Shown here: piece by piece, positions 11,552-21,222 of the stretch
Layout: the number at the start of each line of letters is the position of its first letter
How positions within the stretch are numbered: position 1 is the stretch's first letter
From: Nitrospirota bacterium
Lineage (GTDB): Bacteria; Nitrospirota; UBA9217
Assembly (NCBI GenBank): GCA_963796285.1
Contig: CAWCKW010000013.1
Coordinates: forward strand, 352,001-416,000
Reading direction: 5' to 3'
DNA: 64,000 bases
Notes under the pieces: model-generated
What the model saw: the letters and a program-made list of their open reading frames with translations, nothing else
Databases searched by the model: none
What the model was told of the DNA's origin: nothing
Program-made: the position numbers and the translations under genes

Positions 11552-12109
11552 TCACCACGGCGAAGGGTACAAACGGGGGCCGGGGTAGTACCAGTCCCAG
11601 GGGTCGTACAGGAACGGCGAACGATAATAGAAGGGATCATAATAAGGGTAGTTGTAAGGGTCCCTCCGCCCTTCCCAGAGATAGATATCCCTGATCTCGA
11701 ACACCGGATAGACATAGTCCATCTCATCGATCTTGCCCGTGCGCGCCTCCACAAACTCTCCCGCGAGCGTGACCTCCCTTCCCTTCCTATATACCATCGG
11801 GTCGAGAATTCCCTTATCTCTCGGATACAAAGCAAGGAACCTGCCTTGCGTACGCCCTGCTTCCTGGAGGTAGCCAAGCGAATCCACGGGCACGCTGAGC
11901 GCTTCGATCTGCGAACCCTTCTCAAGCAAACGGGTATTCACGATCAAGCCGCCAAGGATAAAGAGCTTTCCCTTGAAGACATCGGGGGCTTCCCTCAGCT
12001 GGTTAAAGGGCACATCGCGCATGCCCTGTTCCATGACCTCGCGGTTCAGCACCGGCGTACAGGCGGAAAAAGCCATAAGAACGGCACAGATGAGGCAGAT
12101 CCTTTTCAT
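11552..12109 (-). CDS. Slp family outer-membrane lipoprotein
   Basis: Lipobox FSA-C; LGGLIV, GRFLA and LDPMVYRKGREVTLAG; Tyr/Pro-rich tail. Confidence 0.88.
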   Translation of the reverse strand: MKRICLICAVLMAFSACTPVLNREVMEQGMRDVPFNQLREAPDVFKGKLFILGGLIVNTRLLEKGSQIEALSVPVDSLGYLQEAGRTQGRFLALYPRDKGILDPMVYRKGREVTLAGEFVEARTGKIDEMDYVYPVFEIRDIYLWEGRRDPYNYPYYDPFYYRSPFLYDPWDWYYPGPRLYPSPW

Positions 12110-12414
12110 GGTAAATTATCCCATGCGGAAGCCGGACCTGTCAACCCCGTTGCTGCAGAAACTCATTGGAATAATGCCGATCCAACCGCATTCATGCACT
12201 ATCGGATGAACTTTTCATGAACCACGCAGGAGTCCGCGAAAAGTGAGTTTCCACAAAGCCCCTTGAAGGGCAATTCCAGCCTGAGTTGGCGCGACAAAAC
12301 GATGTGATCTCCGTCGAGCATATGCAACAACGGGGTCAAGCAACGCCCTTCATTTTTAATTGCTTACCCGCGCTGTGCCATGTTATACTTACAATAATTA
12401 CAGCGGGAGGCCCT

Positions 12415-12678
12415 ATGCCGTCGAAGAAATCTCGGATAAAGCTTTACACCCTCAGCACCTGCTCGCACTGCATGCGCACCAAGCGCTTCTTCAAGGAAAT
12501 AGGGATCGACCCGGAGACCATTGATGTGGACCTTCTGACCGGAGAAGAACGGGAGCGCATCATGAATGAAGTTCGAAAACTGAACCCCGACTGCACCTTT
12601 CCTACAATCTGCATAGACGATGACGTGATCGTCGGGTTTAACGAGGAAAAGCTGAGAAAGGCATTGGGCATCACATGA
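12415..12678 (+). CDS. Glutaredoxin (NrdH-like)
   Basis: LYTLSTCSHC...TFPTI...IVGF; GGGAGG RBS. Confidence 0.9.
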   Translation: MPSKKSRIKLYTLSTCSHCMRTKRFFKEIGIDPETIDVDLLTGEERERIMNEVRKLNPDCTFPTICIDDDVIVGFNEEKLRKALGIT

Positions 12679-13007
12679 CTCCGGAGAAACTGTACGAGAT
12701 CCTGTCCAACTATGCCGAGTCGCAGGGCATCCGCCTGAATAAGGACAAACCTTTCGTCATGGACATCATGCAGGGTCTGCTCACGAACGAGGCCCGGTAC
12801 GGCTATCGTTCCTGCCCCTGCCGTCTTGCCTGGGGCGTGAAGGACAAGGACGCGGACATCATCTGCCCCTGCGTGTATCGAGATCCCGATGTCAAGGAGT
12901 TCGGAAGCTGCTACTGCGGTCTCTACGTGTCGGTTCCCTGGAACGAAGAAAAGATAGAACACAAGCAGGTGCCGGAGCGAAGACCGAAAGGAAAAAGGGC
13001 CACATAG
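12675..13007 (+). CDS. Ferredoxin-thioredoxin reductase catalytic subunit family protein
   Basis: CPC...CPC...CYC motifs; ATGA overlap with the glutaredoxin gene. Confidence 0.92.
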   Translation: MTPEKLYEILSNYAESQGIRLNKDKPFVMDIMQGLLTNEARYGYRSCPCRLAWGVKDKDADIICPCVYRDPDVKEFGSCYCGLYVSVPWNEEKIEHKQVPERRPKGKRAT

Positions 13008-13147
13008 AACCATCTCACCCCGGGACGCAGAGGAAATCACGCAAAGCAAAAGTTAAAAAACGTTTGACGGGACTACGGGACAATATCTGATGAAATCCTG
13101 TACGTCCTGCTATTCCGTCCAAATCATTTTTGAAAGGTTTCAGTAGA

Positions 13148-13540
13148 ATGAAGAAAAAAGATAAGAGCAAAAAGAAGCAGGACATGCCGGAGTTTCAATT
13201 CAAAGAATTCACGCCTGAAGAGGGCGCAATATACGAAGACGCGGTGAACAAGTTCCGCGAAGCGATCTCCGCGGGGAAAACACTCCGGCAGGCCTATGAG
13301 AGTTTTACTGTCGATGACAAGGAACTTGAGGCGATCATTCAGGCCGATTTTTTAAAGATCATGATCGCCGAACGTCACTTTGCGCAGCAGCAGTCTCTCG
13401 AGGATGTCGCCAAAGCCCTTGATGTTTCTCTCGATCTGGTCAAGGACACCCACGGGCGGATGCTGCAGGAAGTGGGCGTCAGCGCTGCCGACCAATTCAG
13501 CCGTGAGCACGGCGGTATCACCCCGAAGACGAACGACTGA
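13148..13540 (+). CDS. Hypothetical protein
   Basis: 130 aa ORF with coding-like composition; no family recognised. Confidence 0.7.
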   Translation: MKKKDKSKKKQDMPEFQFKEFTPEEGAIYEDAVNKFREAISAGKTLRQAYESFTVDDKELEAIIQADFLKIMIAERHFAQQQSLEDVAKALDVSLDLVKDTHGRMLQEVGVSAADQFSREHGGITPKTND

Positions 13541-13624
13541 GACAACCCTTTTCGTTGCCAAGACACACAGGGCGCGGAGTTTTTAACCCTGGATACGAAA
13601 TCTTGACTCATTCGCCGACAACCA

Positions 13625-14536
13625 TTACAGCCGGTTGAGGTCCTGATGCTCATCTGCATGGGGATTGATATGGATCATGACGTCCCCAACATTCATTGCG
13701 TGTTCAAAGATTAGCTTCTTCACGGCTGTGGCGATTGCATGGGATTCGCGCACGGTCATCTCGGGATTCATGTCGAGCTTGAGGTCCACGATCAGATACT
13801 GGCCCGACCTGCGGCAGCGTATCTCGTGGACATGATCGACGCCCGCCACCCCTTCAGCGATCTTCCTGATCTCCTCCAGATAATTGTCGTCCGGTTTGCC
13901 GTCCATGAGATCGTGGGCCGCACCCATGAAGGTCTTATAGCCGATGTGGAAAATAAAGAGCGAGGTGATCCCCGCGGCTATGGGATCCATCACGGTGAGG
14001 CCGAAGAACGCGCCGGTGACGCCCACAAGGGTGCTCACCGACGTGATCGCGTCCTTCCGATGGTCTTTGGCAATGGCCAGTATGGCCGGGCTGCCAAGTT
14101 TTTTGCCCGCGGTGATGGAATACCGGTAGAGGGCCTCTTTCGTGATGATCGTGAGAAAGGCGGCGGCCACTGCCATGGCGGCGGGGACCTCATACACACC
14201 GTCAATGACGGCGTGGACGGACCGGACAAGGATCCAGCCGCCCGTGGAGAAGATGACGAGGGACACGATGACGGCTGAGATGCTCTCGGCTTTGCCATGT
14301 CCATACGGATGCGTTTCGTCAAAGGGGCGGCTGCCGATGCGCAGGGCGATCATGCTCGACCCCAGGGCGATGAAGTCCGCGGCGCTTTCCATGCCATCGG
14401 CAAAGACCGCCTCAGATCTGCCGAAATAACCCGCGAGCAGTTTCATGATCATCAGTCCGGCGTTCACCCAGAACCCGATCTTAATGACCCTTCCCGCGTT
14501 TCCGAACCGTTCGCTTCGTTCCAAAGAGATCTCCAC
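13625..14536 (-). CDS. Cation diffusion facilitator (FieF-like)
   Basis: ADGMES, HPYGHGKAE, DHRKD, six TM segments and a C-terminal IHINP. Confidence 0.93.
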   Translation of the reverse strand: MEISLERSERFGNAGRVIKIGFWVNAGLMIMKLLAGYFGRSEAVFADGMESAADFIALGSSMIALRIGSRPFDETHPYGHGKAESISAVIVSLVIFSTGGWILVRSVHAVIDGVYEVPAAMAVAAAFLTIITKEALYRYSITAGKKLGSPAILAIAKDHRKDAITSVSTLVGVTGAFFGLTVMDPIAAGITSLFIFHIGYKTFMGAAHDLMDGKPDDNYLEEIRKIAEGVAGVDHVHEIRCRRSGQYLIVDLKLDMNPEMTVRESHAIATAVKKLIFEHAMNVGDVMIHINPHADEHQDLNRL

Positions 14537-14611
14537 TGTTTATCCGGTCAGCCGTAGAATTGCGGCACGCCCTGCCCGCAAACCAAGCCAACCGGGCATG
14601 CTTGAACATGC

Positions 14612-14810
14612 CCTATATCCTTGGGTGATTCGCCTCCCTGGATGTGGCGGCTAATAGCTCTTTGTCGCAGTTCCTCTTCCATTGGCGCTCTCCTTTGGTA
14701 ATTCTGAATAAGGAGAGCATGATAGCACCAATCTGGACCGAGGGTCTTGCCGATAGCAAAAACTGGATTTCGGGTAACCGATGTCTTGACACATCCGGGT
14801 AACCGTCACT
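14612..14810 (-). mobile_element. IS left-end remnant (IS481-like)
   Basis: Tandem CGGTTACCCG motifs around TGTCAAGACAT, then an AAAGGAG RBS and MEEELRQRAISRHIQGGESPKDI (transposase-HTH-like start) that degenerates. Confidence 0.45.
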
Positions 14811-14978
14811 ATTCATTAAGGCATGAGGTTACAATAACTGAGCTAAAATGGCAAGAACTTAGAAACGTTTGCAAGGCTTGGAAGTAACCATTGTTCCTGT
14901 TGGAAATTTATAGTAGAATTCGCCGATACGATAAAGAATAAAAGCAGCGCAAAATCCGGCGATCGAACACGGGATGCT

Positions 14979-15668
14979 ATGGAAAACGATACAACAGACA
15001 ATCAACTGGCCCTTCACTTTCACCATTCAGAGTTGTCTTTCCGGCAGTATATTGAGGAAGGCGTCAATAAGCCCGTGGCCGTCGTTTTCACTGGAAATTC
15101 TACGAGCATGCTCTCGGCGCGGATGGATGACGGCGTTCTGCGCGTTCGGCTTCACCGGATGTTTCTTCATGCTGACAGCCGGGTGATGAACGAGATCGTC
15201 TCGTATCTGAAAAGCAAAAGCGGCAAAATGCCTCATTTCCGAAGCTTTGTCCGCGACAACAGAGAGCAGCTCATCCTAAAACCGCCGAAAAAAGTTCCCG
15301 TCAGGACCGCGGGCAAATTTCACGATCTTTGCGGATACTACGACGAGATCAACAAGGAATACTTCGGGGGCATGGTCAACGCTGTGATCACCTGGGGTTC
15401 GAGAAGCCCGCGCTGCGCCGTGAGAAAAAGGACCCTCGGAAGCTACAGCGAACGGTCGCACACGATCAGGATAAATCCAATGCTCGACAAGAAGACCGTC
15501 CCCCGCTACTATGTCGCATTCGTCGTCTACCATGAAATGTTGCACGCCGCATTGGGGATCTCTCTCCGGGGGAAAAGAAGGAGCGTCCATTCCCGGGAAT
15601 TCAGACAAAGAGAAAAACTTTTCAAGGATTGTGAAAAGGCGATGGCATGGGAAGGCGGGAGAATATGA
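14979..15668 (+). CDS. SprT-like / M48-related Zn metalloprotease
   Basis: TLGSY...IRINP...VVYHEMLH...HSREF. Confidence 0.85.
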   Translation: MENDTTDNQLALHFHHSELSFRQYIEEGVNKPVAVVFTGNSTSMLSARMDDGVLRVRLHRMFLHADSRVMNEIVSYLKSKSGKMPHFRSFVRDNREQLILKPPKKVPVRTAGKFHDLCGYYDEINKEYFGGMVNAVITWGSRSPRCAVRKRTLGSYSERSHTIRINPMLDKKTVPRYYVAFVVYHEMLHAALGISLRGKRRSVHSREFRQREKLFKDCEKAMAWEGGRI

Positions 15669-15709
15669 GCGGAGAATAGTTCTGATCGGACTCGACCCGC
15701 AAGTTGGAC
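15665..15709 (-). repeat. Partial attC (R'' half) after rsgA
   Basis: Minus strand GTCCAAC-TTGCGGGTCGAGTCC overlaps the rsgA TAG and closely resembles ATCCAAC-ATGCGGGTCGTGTC at 3609. Confidence 0.55.
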
Positions 15710-16779
15710 TACTGGTCACTTTTATTATGATGTTTCATTGCATTCTTGACGAACTGTCCGAACTTCTTGTCCTTTCTTCGCTTTTCAACATAGGACAGCT
15801 CATTATATTCAGATTCTTTCATCAGCTTCAAATAGCTCTGATATCGATCCGCTTGTAATGTGCCATTTTCAATTGCGTTTAGTAGTGCGCAACCGACTTC
15901 CTGGGTATGAGTGCAATTGGTAAAACGGCAGGTTTTTGAAAGGCGCCAAATATCAGCAAAGCTTTCCTGAAGACCTGAGCTGACGCCGATATTCCCCAGT
16001 TCCCTCATTCCAGGGGTGTCGATCAGCATTGCACCTTGATCAAGGACGATAAGTTGGCGCTGCGCTGTCGTGTGTTTGCCCTTTCCGTCGCTTGCACGGA
16101 CGGTGTTTGTCTCGAATAAATCGCGGCCTATAATATGGTTCAAGAGCGTTGTTTTGCCCACTCCGGAAGACCCAACCAGACAATAAGTTTTGCACGGCTC
16201 CAGTAATTGACGCACTTGATCCACTCCGAAGCCGGTCACGTTGCTGAGCGGAAGGATTTTGCATTTGATGTTGGCTTGACGAACCTCTGATATTCTTTGC
16301 TCCAGCTTCTCGGGGCTGACGAGGTCGCTTTTTGTCAGGAGCAGTATCGGTTCAATGTGTCCTTCGTTTACCATTACGAGGTAGCGCTCCAGCCTGCGCA
16401 GATTGAAATCTAAATCGCAGGCTTGGACGATTAAGGCAGAATCTATATTGGCCGCGATCATCTGATAGTCGATTTTTTTACCTGGGGTTTTTCTCCGTAA
16501 AAAAGATTTGCGTGGGAGAAGACCATGGATGATGGCAAAGGTATCATCGTTGTGAAACTGGACAAGTGCCCAATCACCTACTGCAGGAAGATCTATGCTC
16601 GACTCAGCGGAGTAAATAAAACTTCCTGCTAATTCAGCAAGAACTTCGCTGTTATTATTTCTTACGAGGTAGCTGTCCTTATGGACCGCAGTCACGCGAG
16701 CCACAGTGCAGTCTGGTCTCAGCGCCTTCGATCTTTTGTCTTCAAACCACTGATCAAATCCGAGCGTTATAAGTTCCAT
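15709..16779 (-). CDS. rsgA: Ribosome small subunit-dependent GTPase A
   Basis: AVGDW, TKSD, GSSGVGKTT, GKHTT, DTPG and CRFTNCTHTQEVGC. Confidence 0.95.
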   Translation of the reverse strand: MELITLGFDQWFEDKRSKALRPDCTVARVTAVHKDSYLVRNNNSEVLAELAGSFIYSAESSIDLPAVGDWALVQFHNDDTFAIIHGLLPRKSFLRRKTPGKKIDYQMIAANIDSALIVQACDLDFNLRRLERYLVMVNEGHIEPILLLTKSDLVSPEKLEQRISEVRQANIKCKILPLSNVTGFGVDQVRQLLEPCKTYCLVGSSGVGKTTLLNHIIGRDLFETNTVRASDGKGKHTTAQRQLIVLDQGAMLIDTPGMRELGNIGVSSGLQESFADIWRLSKTCRFTNCTHTQEVGCALLNAIENGTLQADRYQSYLKLMKESEYNELSYVEKRRKDKKFGQFVKNAMKHHNKSDQ

Positions 16780-16784
16780 ATTAA

Positions 16785-16893
16785 GCCTAACCAATGATTG
16801 AGTAATTTCCCCGACATTATCGGAAAATATAGAGCAAGTCAAGCTGTATGAAAAACGAACTGACATCCCCCCGGATATTACACATAGTTATGC
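16785..16893 (-). repeat. attC-like site upstream of rsgA
   Basis: Minus strand GCATAAC...GTTAGGC (109 bp) with inner arms GTAATATCC/GGAAATTAC; ends 5 nt before the ATG. Confidence 0.5.
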
Positions 16894-17068
16894 GGTCGCA
16901 TAATATTCCAATTGCATACTTGGTGACAACTACTCATCTACACATGATCGTTATTCCATCGGACATTTTGGCTTCAATATGAGGTCGTTCGCATCAAACA
17001 GGCCATTTCTGAGTCTATGACTTTTATGGCTAAACAGTTTTCCGCATTTCCGGGTTAAGAATATGATG

Positions 17069-17095
17069 AAAAAGGCAGCCATTATGGCTGCCTTT
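17069..17095 (-). terminator. Rho-independent terminator of guaA
   Basis: AAAGGCAGCCAT-A-ATGGCTGCC followed by TTTTT on the minus strand. Confidence 0.8.
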
Positions 17096-17133
17096 GAAAT
17101 CGTTACGCACTGCTTGCTCGCTGTCTTCTCCCT

Positions 17134-18705
17134 TTACTCCCACTCGATCGTGCTCGGCGGCTTGGACGAGATGTCGTAGACCACGCGGTTCACGCCTTTG
17201 ACTTCGTTGATGATCCGGTTCGACATGATGCCCAGGAGTTCATAGGGGATCTTCGCCCAGTCCGCGGTCATGCCGTCCTGGCTCGTGACCGCGCGGATGG
17301 CGACAACATTCTCGTACGTCCGTTCGTCTCCCATGACGCCCACGGTCTTGATCGGGAGCAGCACGGCAAAGGACTGCCAGATCTCCTTGTACAAACCGGC
17401 CTTCTTAATTTCCTCTATCACGATAGCATCGGCCTCGCGCAGAAGGCTGGTCCGTGCCTCGGTCACCTCACCGAGGATGCGGATGGCAAGGCCCGGTCCC
17501 GGGAAAGGCTGACGATCGATGATATCGTCGGGCATCTTCATCTCGCGGCCGATAGCTCGCACTTCGTCCTTGAATAATTCCCGCAGCGGCTCCACCAGCT
17601 TCAGCTTCATCTTCTCCGGCAAACCGCCCACGTTGTGATGAGACTTGATGATCGCCGACGGGCCCTTGAACGAGACGCTTTCGATCACATCGGGATAGAG
17701 CGTGCCCTGGACCAGGAACTCTGCCCCTCCGACTGCCAGGGCTTCCCGCTCGAACACATCGATAAAGGTATTGCCGATGATCTTTCGCTTCTTCTCAGGG
17801 TCCTCGACCCCTTTCAGCTTGGTGAGAAATTCCGCCGATGCATCGACGTACTTGAGGTTCAGCCCCATATCCTTGAACGTATGCTGCACCTTTTCAGCTT
17901 CGTCCTTGCGGAGAACGCCGTTGTTCACGAAGATACAGGTAAGCTGTTTGCCGATGGCCTTGTACACAAGCACTGCGGCAACCGAGGAGTCCACACCACC
18001 GGAAAGGCCGCACACGGCCTGCTTGTTCCCCACGGCCTTCCGTATCTCACCAACGGAATAGTCAACGAACGACGCCATGGTCCAGGTCGGCTCGCATTTG
18101 CAGATCGTGTACACGAAATTTCTGAGGATCTGCACTCCCTGGGGCGTATGCGCAACTTCGGGGTGGAACTGGACGCCGAAGAATTTTTTCTTTTCATCCG
18201 CCATGGCAGCGGTCGGAGAATTGTCGGTGTGGGCAATGGCTGAGAACCCCGCCGGCATTTTCTCGATCCGGTCGCCGTGGCTCATCCATACGACAGCTCG
18301 CAGATCAGAGTTCGGGATTCCGGATTTTAATCCAATGCCGTTGAACAGACCGGCCGCGTTGTCGATGATCAGCTCCGCCCTGCCGTACTCACGCTTTGCG
18401 GACTTTGCCACCTGTCCGCCAAGCACATGGGTCAGAAGTTGCATGCCGTAGCAGATGCCGAGCACCGGAATGCCGAGTTCGAGGTGCGCCTTGTCGATGA
18501 GCGGCGCGCCGGCATCGTACACGCTCGACGGCCCGCCGGACAGGATCAGGCCCTTCGGCCGGAACGCCTTGACCTTTTCAAGGCCTGCATTGTAGGGGAA
18601 GATCTCGCAGTAGACCTTGGCCTCGCGCACCCTGCGGGCGATAAGCTGGGTGTACTGAGACCCGAAGTCGAGAATGAGTATTCGTTCACTATGAATGTCG
18701 GACAC
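17134..18705 (-). CDS. guaA: GMP synthase (glutamine-hydrolysing)
   Basis: [31 protein letters not shown] and KPPSTIEWE. Confidence 0.98.
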   Translation of the reverse strand: MSDIHSERILILDFGSQYTQLIARRVREAKVYCEIFPYNAGLEKVKAFRPKGLILSGGPSSVYDAGAPLIDKAHLELGIPVLGICYGMQLLTHVLGGQVAKSAKREYGRAELIIDNAAGLFNGIGLKSGIPNSDLRAVVWMSHGDRIEKMPAGFSAIAHTDNSPTAAMADEKKKFFGVQFHPEVAHTPQGVQILRNFVYTICKCEPTWTMASFVDYSVGEIRKAVGNKQAVCGLSGGVDSSVAAVLVYKAIGKQLTCIFVNNGVLRKDEAEKVQHTFKDMGLNLKYVDASAEFLTKLKGVEDPEKKRKIIGNTFIDVFEREALAVGGAEFLVQGTLYPDVIESVSFKGPSAIIKSHHNVGGLPEKMKLKLVEPLRELFKDEVRAIGREMKMPDDIIDRQPFPGPGLAIRILGEVTEARTSLLREADAIVIEEIKKAGLYKEIWQSFAVLLPIKTVGVMGDERTYENVVAIRAVTSQDGMTADWAKIPYELLGIMSNRIINEVKGVNRVVYDISSKPPSTIEWE

Positions 18706-18837
18706 GGGAAACCCCTTTCGCGCTGAAAAACTGGAGGATATTATATCAGGATGTCGGCCACTGTCAATCGGAGATTAGGCCCGGAATAGCCAAAACTCGC
18801 CTTGACAATGCGCGCGCTCTCCGTTTATTATCAAGAT

Positions 18838-19596
18838 ATGACCCACAAGGCATATCAAAAGTTGCAGGATACGGCGCTGAAGCTTGCACAAAGCCTGCCC
18901 CGTCCCTTGTTCTACGGGGAGCACCGCTCACATGTCCGGCGCGCTGAAGAGACCCTCGGAAGCAACGAGTTTATCCGGAAATGTCGTGCCTTTCTCGATG
19001 AATCCCGGCTGGAGTGCGCCCACGGTCTCTGCCACTGCGAGGCCGTTGCCCGCGACGCAGGGACCATCATGCTGATCGAGGCAGAGGCCTTGAACATGGC
19101 ACAAGCGGATATTGAGACCCTCTTCACTGCGTCCATCATCGCTGGCCTTCTGCATGATATCAAGCGCAAAGAGCAGGACCACGCTGTGCGGGGAAGTATT
19201 GAAGCGGAAAAAATCCTCTCGAAGCTCGGCATGGGCCTGCGGGAACGGCAGTATATCGCCGATGCCATACGAAATCACGAAGCGTTCCAGGAGACCTTTG
19301 ATCGGGACGATATGGCCGGCAGGCTGGTAAGCGATGCGCTCTATGACGCGGACAAGTTCAGATGGGGCCCGGAGAACTTCAGCATGACGCTGTGGCTGAT
19401 GGTAACAGAGCACAACACGCCGTTAGAATCGCTGCACCGGACCTTCCGGGAGAAGATGAAGGGAATCGAAAAGATCAAGGAGACCTTCCGGACCGCAACC
19501 GGCAAACGGTACGGCCCGGAATTCATTGACCAGGGGCTTGCTATTGGCAATACGCTCTATAAAGAGATGACCGAGATGCTTCAGGCCGGCAGTTAG
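18838..19596 (+). CDS. HD-domain phosphohydrolase
   Basis: H...H, LLHD, DHA, NHE and DADK motifs. Confidence 0.85.
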   Translation: MTHKAYQKLQDTALKLAQSLPRPLFYGEHRSHVRRAEETLGSNEFIRKCRAFLDESRLECAHGLCHCEAVARDAGTIMLIEAEALNMAQADIETLFTASIIAGLLHDIKRKEQDHAVRGSIEAEKILSKLGMGLRERQYIADAIRNHEAFQETFDRDDMAGRLVSDALYDADKFRWGPENFSMTLWLMVTEHNTPLESLHRTFREKMKGIEKIKETFRTATGKRYGPEFIDQGLAIGNTLYKEMTEMLQAGS

Positions 19597-19605
19597 GAGT
19601 ATGTT

Positions 19606-19646
19606 CTCCTGACTCTTCCTGACTCCTGACTCCTGACTCCTGACTC
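19606..19646. repeat. Heptamer tandem repeat (CTCCTGA)n
   Basis: About five copies between convergent stops. Confidence 0.8.
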
Positions 19647-19647
19647 T

Positions 19648-20553
19648 TTACTCCTGTTCCTTGTTCTGTTGCCCATACACTTTCCTCAGCACCGCGTCAG
19701 ACCGGTCCTTGCGCGCCTCGGCGACCCCGTCCCTGATCGTGAGCGTCTCCTCCGCGAACATCGCCGACCGGAGCCACTCATACCCAAGCTTTAAAAGTTC
19801 CGCATCGTCGGTCCGGATCTTCTCGACCCGCGCGGCGGGGATATCGTAGGTTTCAAGGAAGCTGCTCCCGAACACGAATTCCCGGAAATAGTCGGTATTG
19901 GTGCTGACCATAAAGAACATCTGGTTTTTGATCTCAGGGAACTCCCTCTCGCCAAAGGACTTCTTCTTGATCAGGATCTCCATCCAGCCGCGGTTCATAT
20001 CGTCGTAGAGGTCCGCCCCCTGGTCCTTGCGCCACTCCGCAATGGTCCAGTCCTTGTCCTCTTCGAATCCTTTGCAGTGGTCTTCCTTGACCATGAAGTA
20101 AAACTCGTCCTTGCCTCCCACCGCGTCCTTTTTCCTGAGCGTGGCCATACCCACGGGATAGTAGCGGCAGTTGCTCGGCCGGTCCTCATACACCGTGCAG
20201 CCGTCAGGCGTCACGAAGGGACAGCTCTTTTTTTCATCCTTACCCATCTTGAGAATGATCACCGGGAGCAGCGTCTTGGCCAGGATCTCGATATCGCAAT
20301 ACGTGTTGATGAAGTCCTCTGTCGTCATGCCGAGCCGCTTTCTGAGCCTCAGAAGGTCATAGGGCGGCAGGACGATATTGATATTGCTGCAGCAGGCGGT
20401 AAAGCACCTGACCCCCTTGTGGCAGCGGAACTTGAACCTGCTGTTCTCTGTCAGCTTGATCGGCACGACCTTGTCGCTCTTGCTCTTTTTCAAAGGGCTG
20501 ATATCGTCATCGAAATCATCGGGTTGTTTTTCTTTTTTCTTCTTGTCTTTCAT
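19648..20553 (-). CDS. YkgJ family Cys-cluster protein
   Basis: CH..V.CFT.CC, CPF...GC.VY.DRP..CRYYP and HCKG. Confidence 0.9.
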   Translation of the reverse strand: MKDKKKKEKQPDDFDDDISPLKKSKSDKVVPIKLTENSRFKFRCHKGVRCFTACCSNINIVLPPYDLLRLRKRLGMTTEDFINTYCDIEILAKTLLPVIILKMGKDEKKSCPFVTPDGCTVYEDRPSNCRYYPVGMATLRKKDAVGGKDEFYFMVKEDHCKGFEEDKDWTIAEWRKDQGADLYDDMNRGWMEILIKKKSFGEREFPEIKNQMFFMVSTNTDYFREFVFGSSFLETYDIPAARVEKIRTDDAELLKLGYEWLRSAMFAEETLTIRDGVAEARKDRSDAVLRKVYGQQNKEQE

Positions 20554-20580
20554 GTTACCCTCTCAGCTTTTTGCTTTTAT

Positions 20581-20611
20581 ATTCCGCAATCCGCAATCCG
20601 AATTCCGCAAT
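20581..20611. repeat. Heptamer tandem repeat (ATCCGCA)n
   Basis: ATTCCGCAATCCGCAATCCGAATTCCGCAAT. Confidence 0.75.
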
Positions 20612-20615
20612 TAGT

Positions 20616-21110
20616 TCACTTCATCCATCCCTGTATCTCATGATGCTGCTTTATGAAAAGCTCCACACCTTCGTGGTCAGGACCAAGGATCTCCTTGAAC
20701 CGCACGAGCGCTTCATAAAACGGCATCTCTCGTACGCCGCTGATCAGATTATCGGCATAGGAGACGATCTTCTCTTCATTTGTCAGCGGTAAATAATCTT
20801 TTCGAGGTAGTCCGAGACGCTCTGCCTCGGTCGCAGTAATGCCCGCTCCGATGTGTCGCTCGATGATAAGCACGAGCGACGTTGAAAATCCGTGCTGCCG
20901 CGCAATCTCGGCCCCTGCAACGGCATGGCCAATGCCATGCGTCCTGGACCTGCCGATGTCATGGAACAATCCGCCCTGTCTGACCAGTTCCCGGTCGACA
21001 GGCGTCTTGATCCTCCCGGCAAGGGAAAGCGCTGCGTTTGAAACGGCAGTGCAGTGCGCCACAACATCCGTGGAGCAACCGGCGTTTATCAACAGGTCTA
21101 CGTCTTGCAT
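20616..21110 (-). CDS. HDIG-domain phosphohydrolase
   Basis: HC, HDIGR, HAVAG, ERHIGAG and EEKIVSYADN. Confidence 0.9.
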   Translation of the reverse strand: MQDVDLLINAGCSTDVVAHCTAVSNAALSLAGRIKTPVDRELVRQGGLFHDIGRSRTHGIGHAVAGAEIARQHGFSTSLVLIIERHIGAGITATEAERLGLPRKDYLPLTNEEKIVSYADNLISGVREMPFYEALVRFKEILGPDHEGVELFIKQHHEIQGWMK

Positions 21111-21170
21111 GGTACAGGGATATTACCACTTTACCGGCCAATTTCAAACGGAGAATGCCGGCGTCAGCTG

Positions 21171-21205
21171 AAAAAAAAGGCTGCCCCATCAGATGGGGCA
21201 GCCTT
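21171..21205 (-). terminator. Rho-independent terminator after hppA
   Basis: GGCTGCCCCATC/GATGGGGCAGCC followed by T8 on the minus strand. Confidence 0.9.
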
Positions 21206-21222
21206 GTGAATACGAGTGCTGC

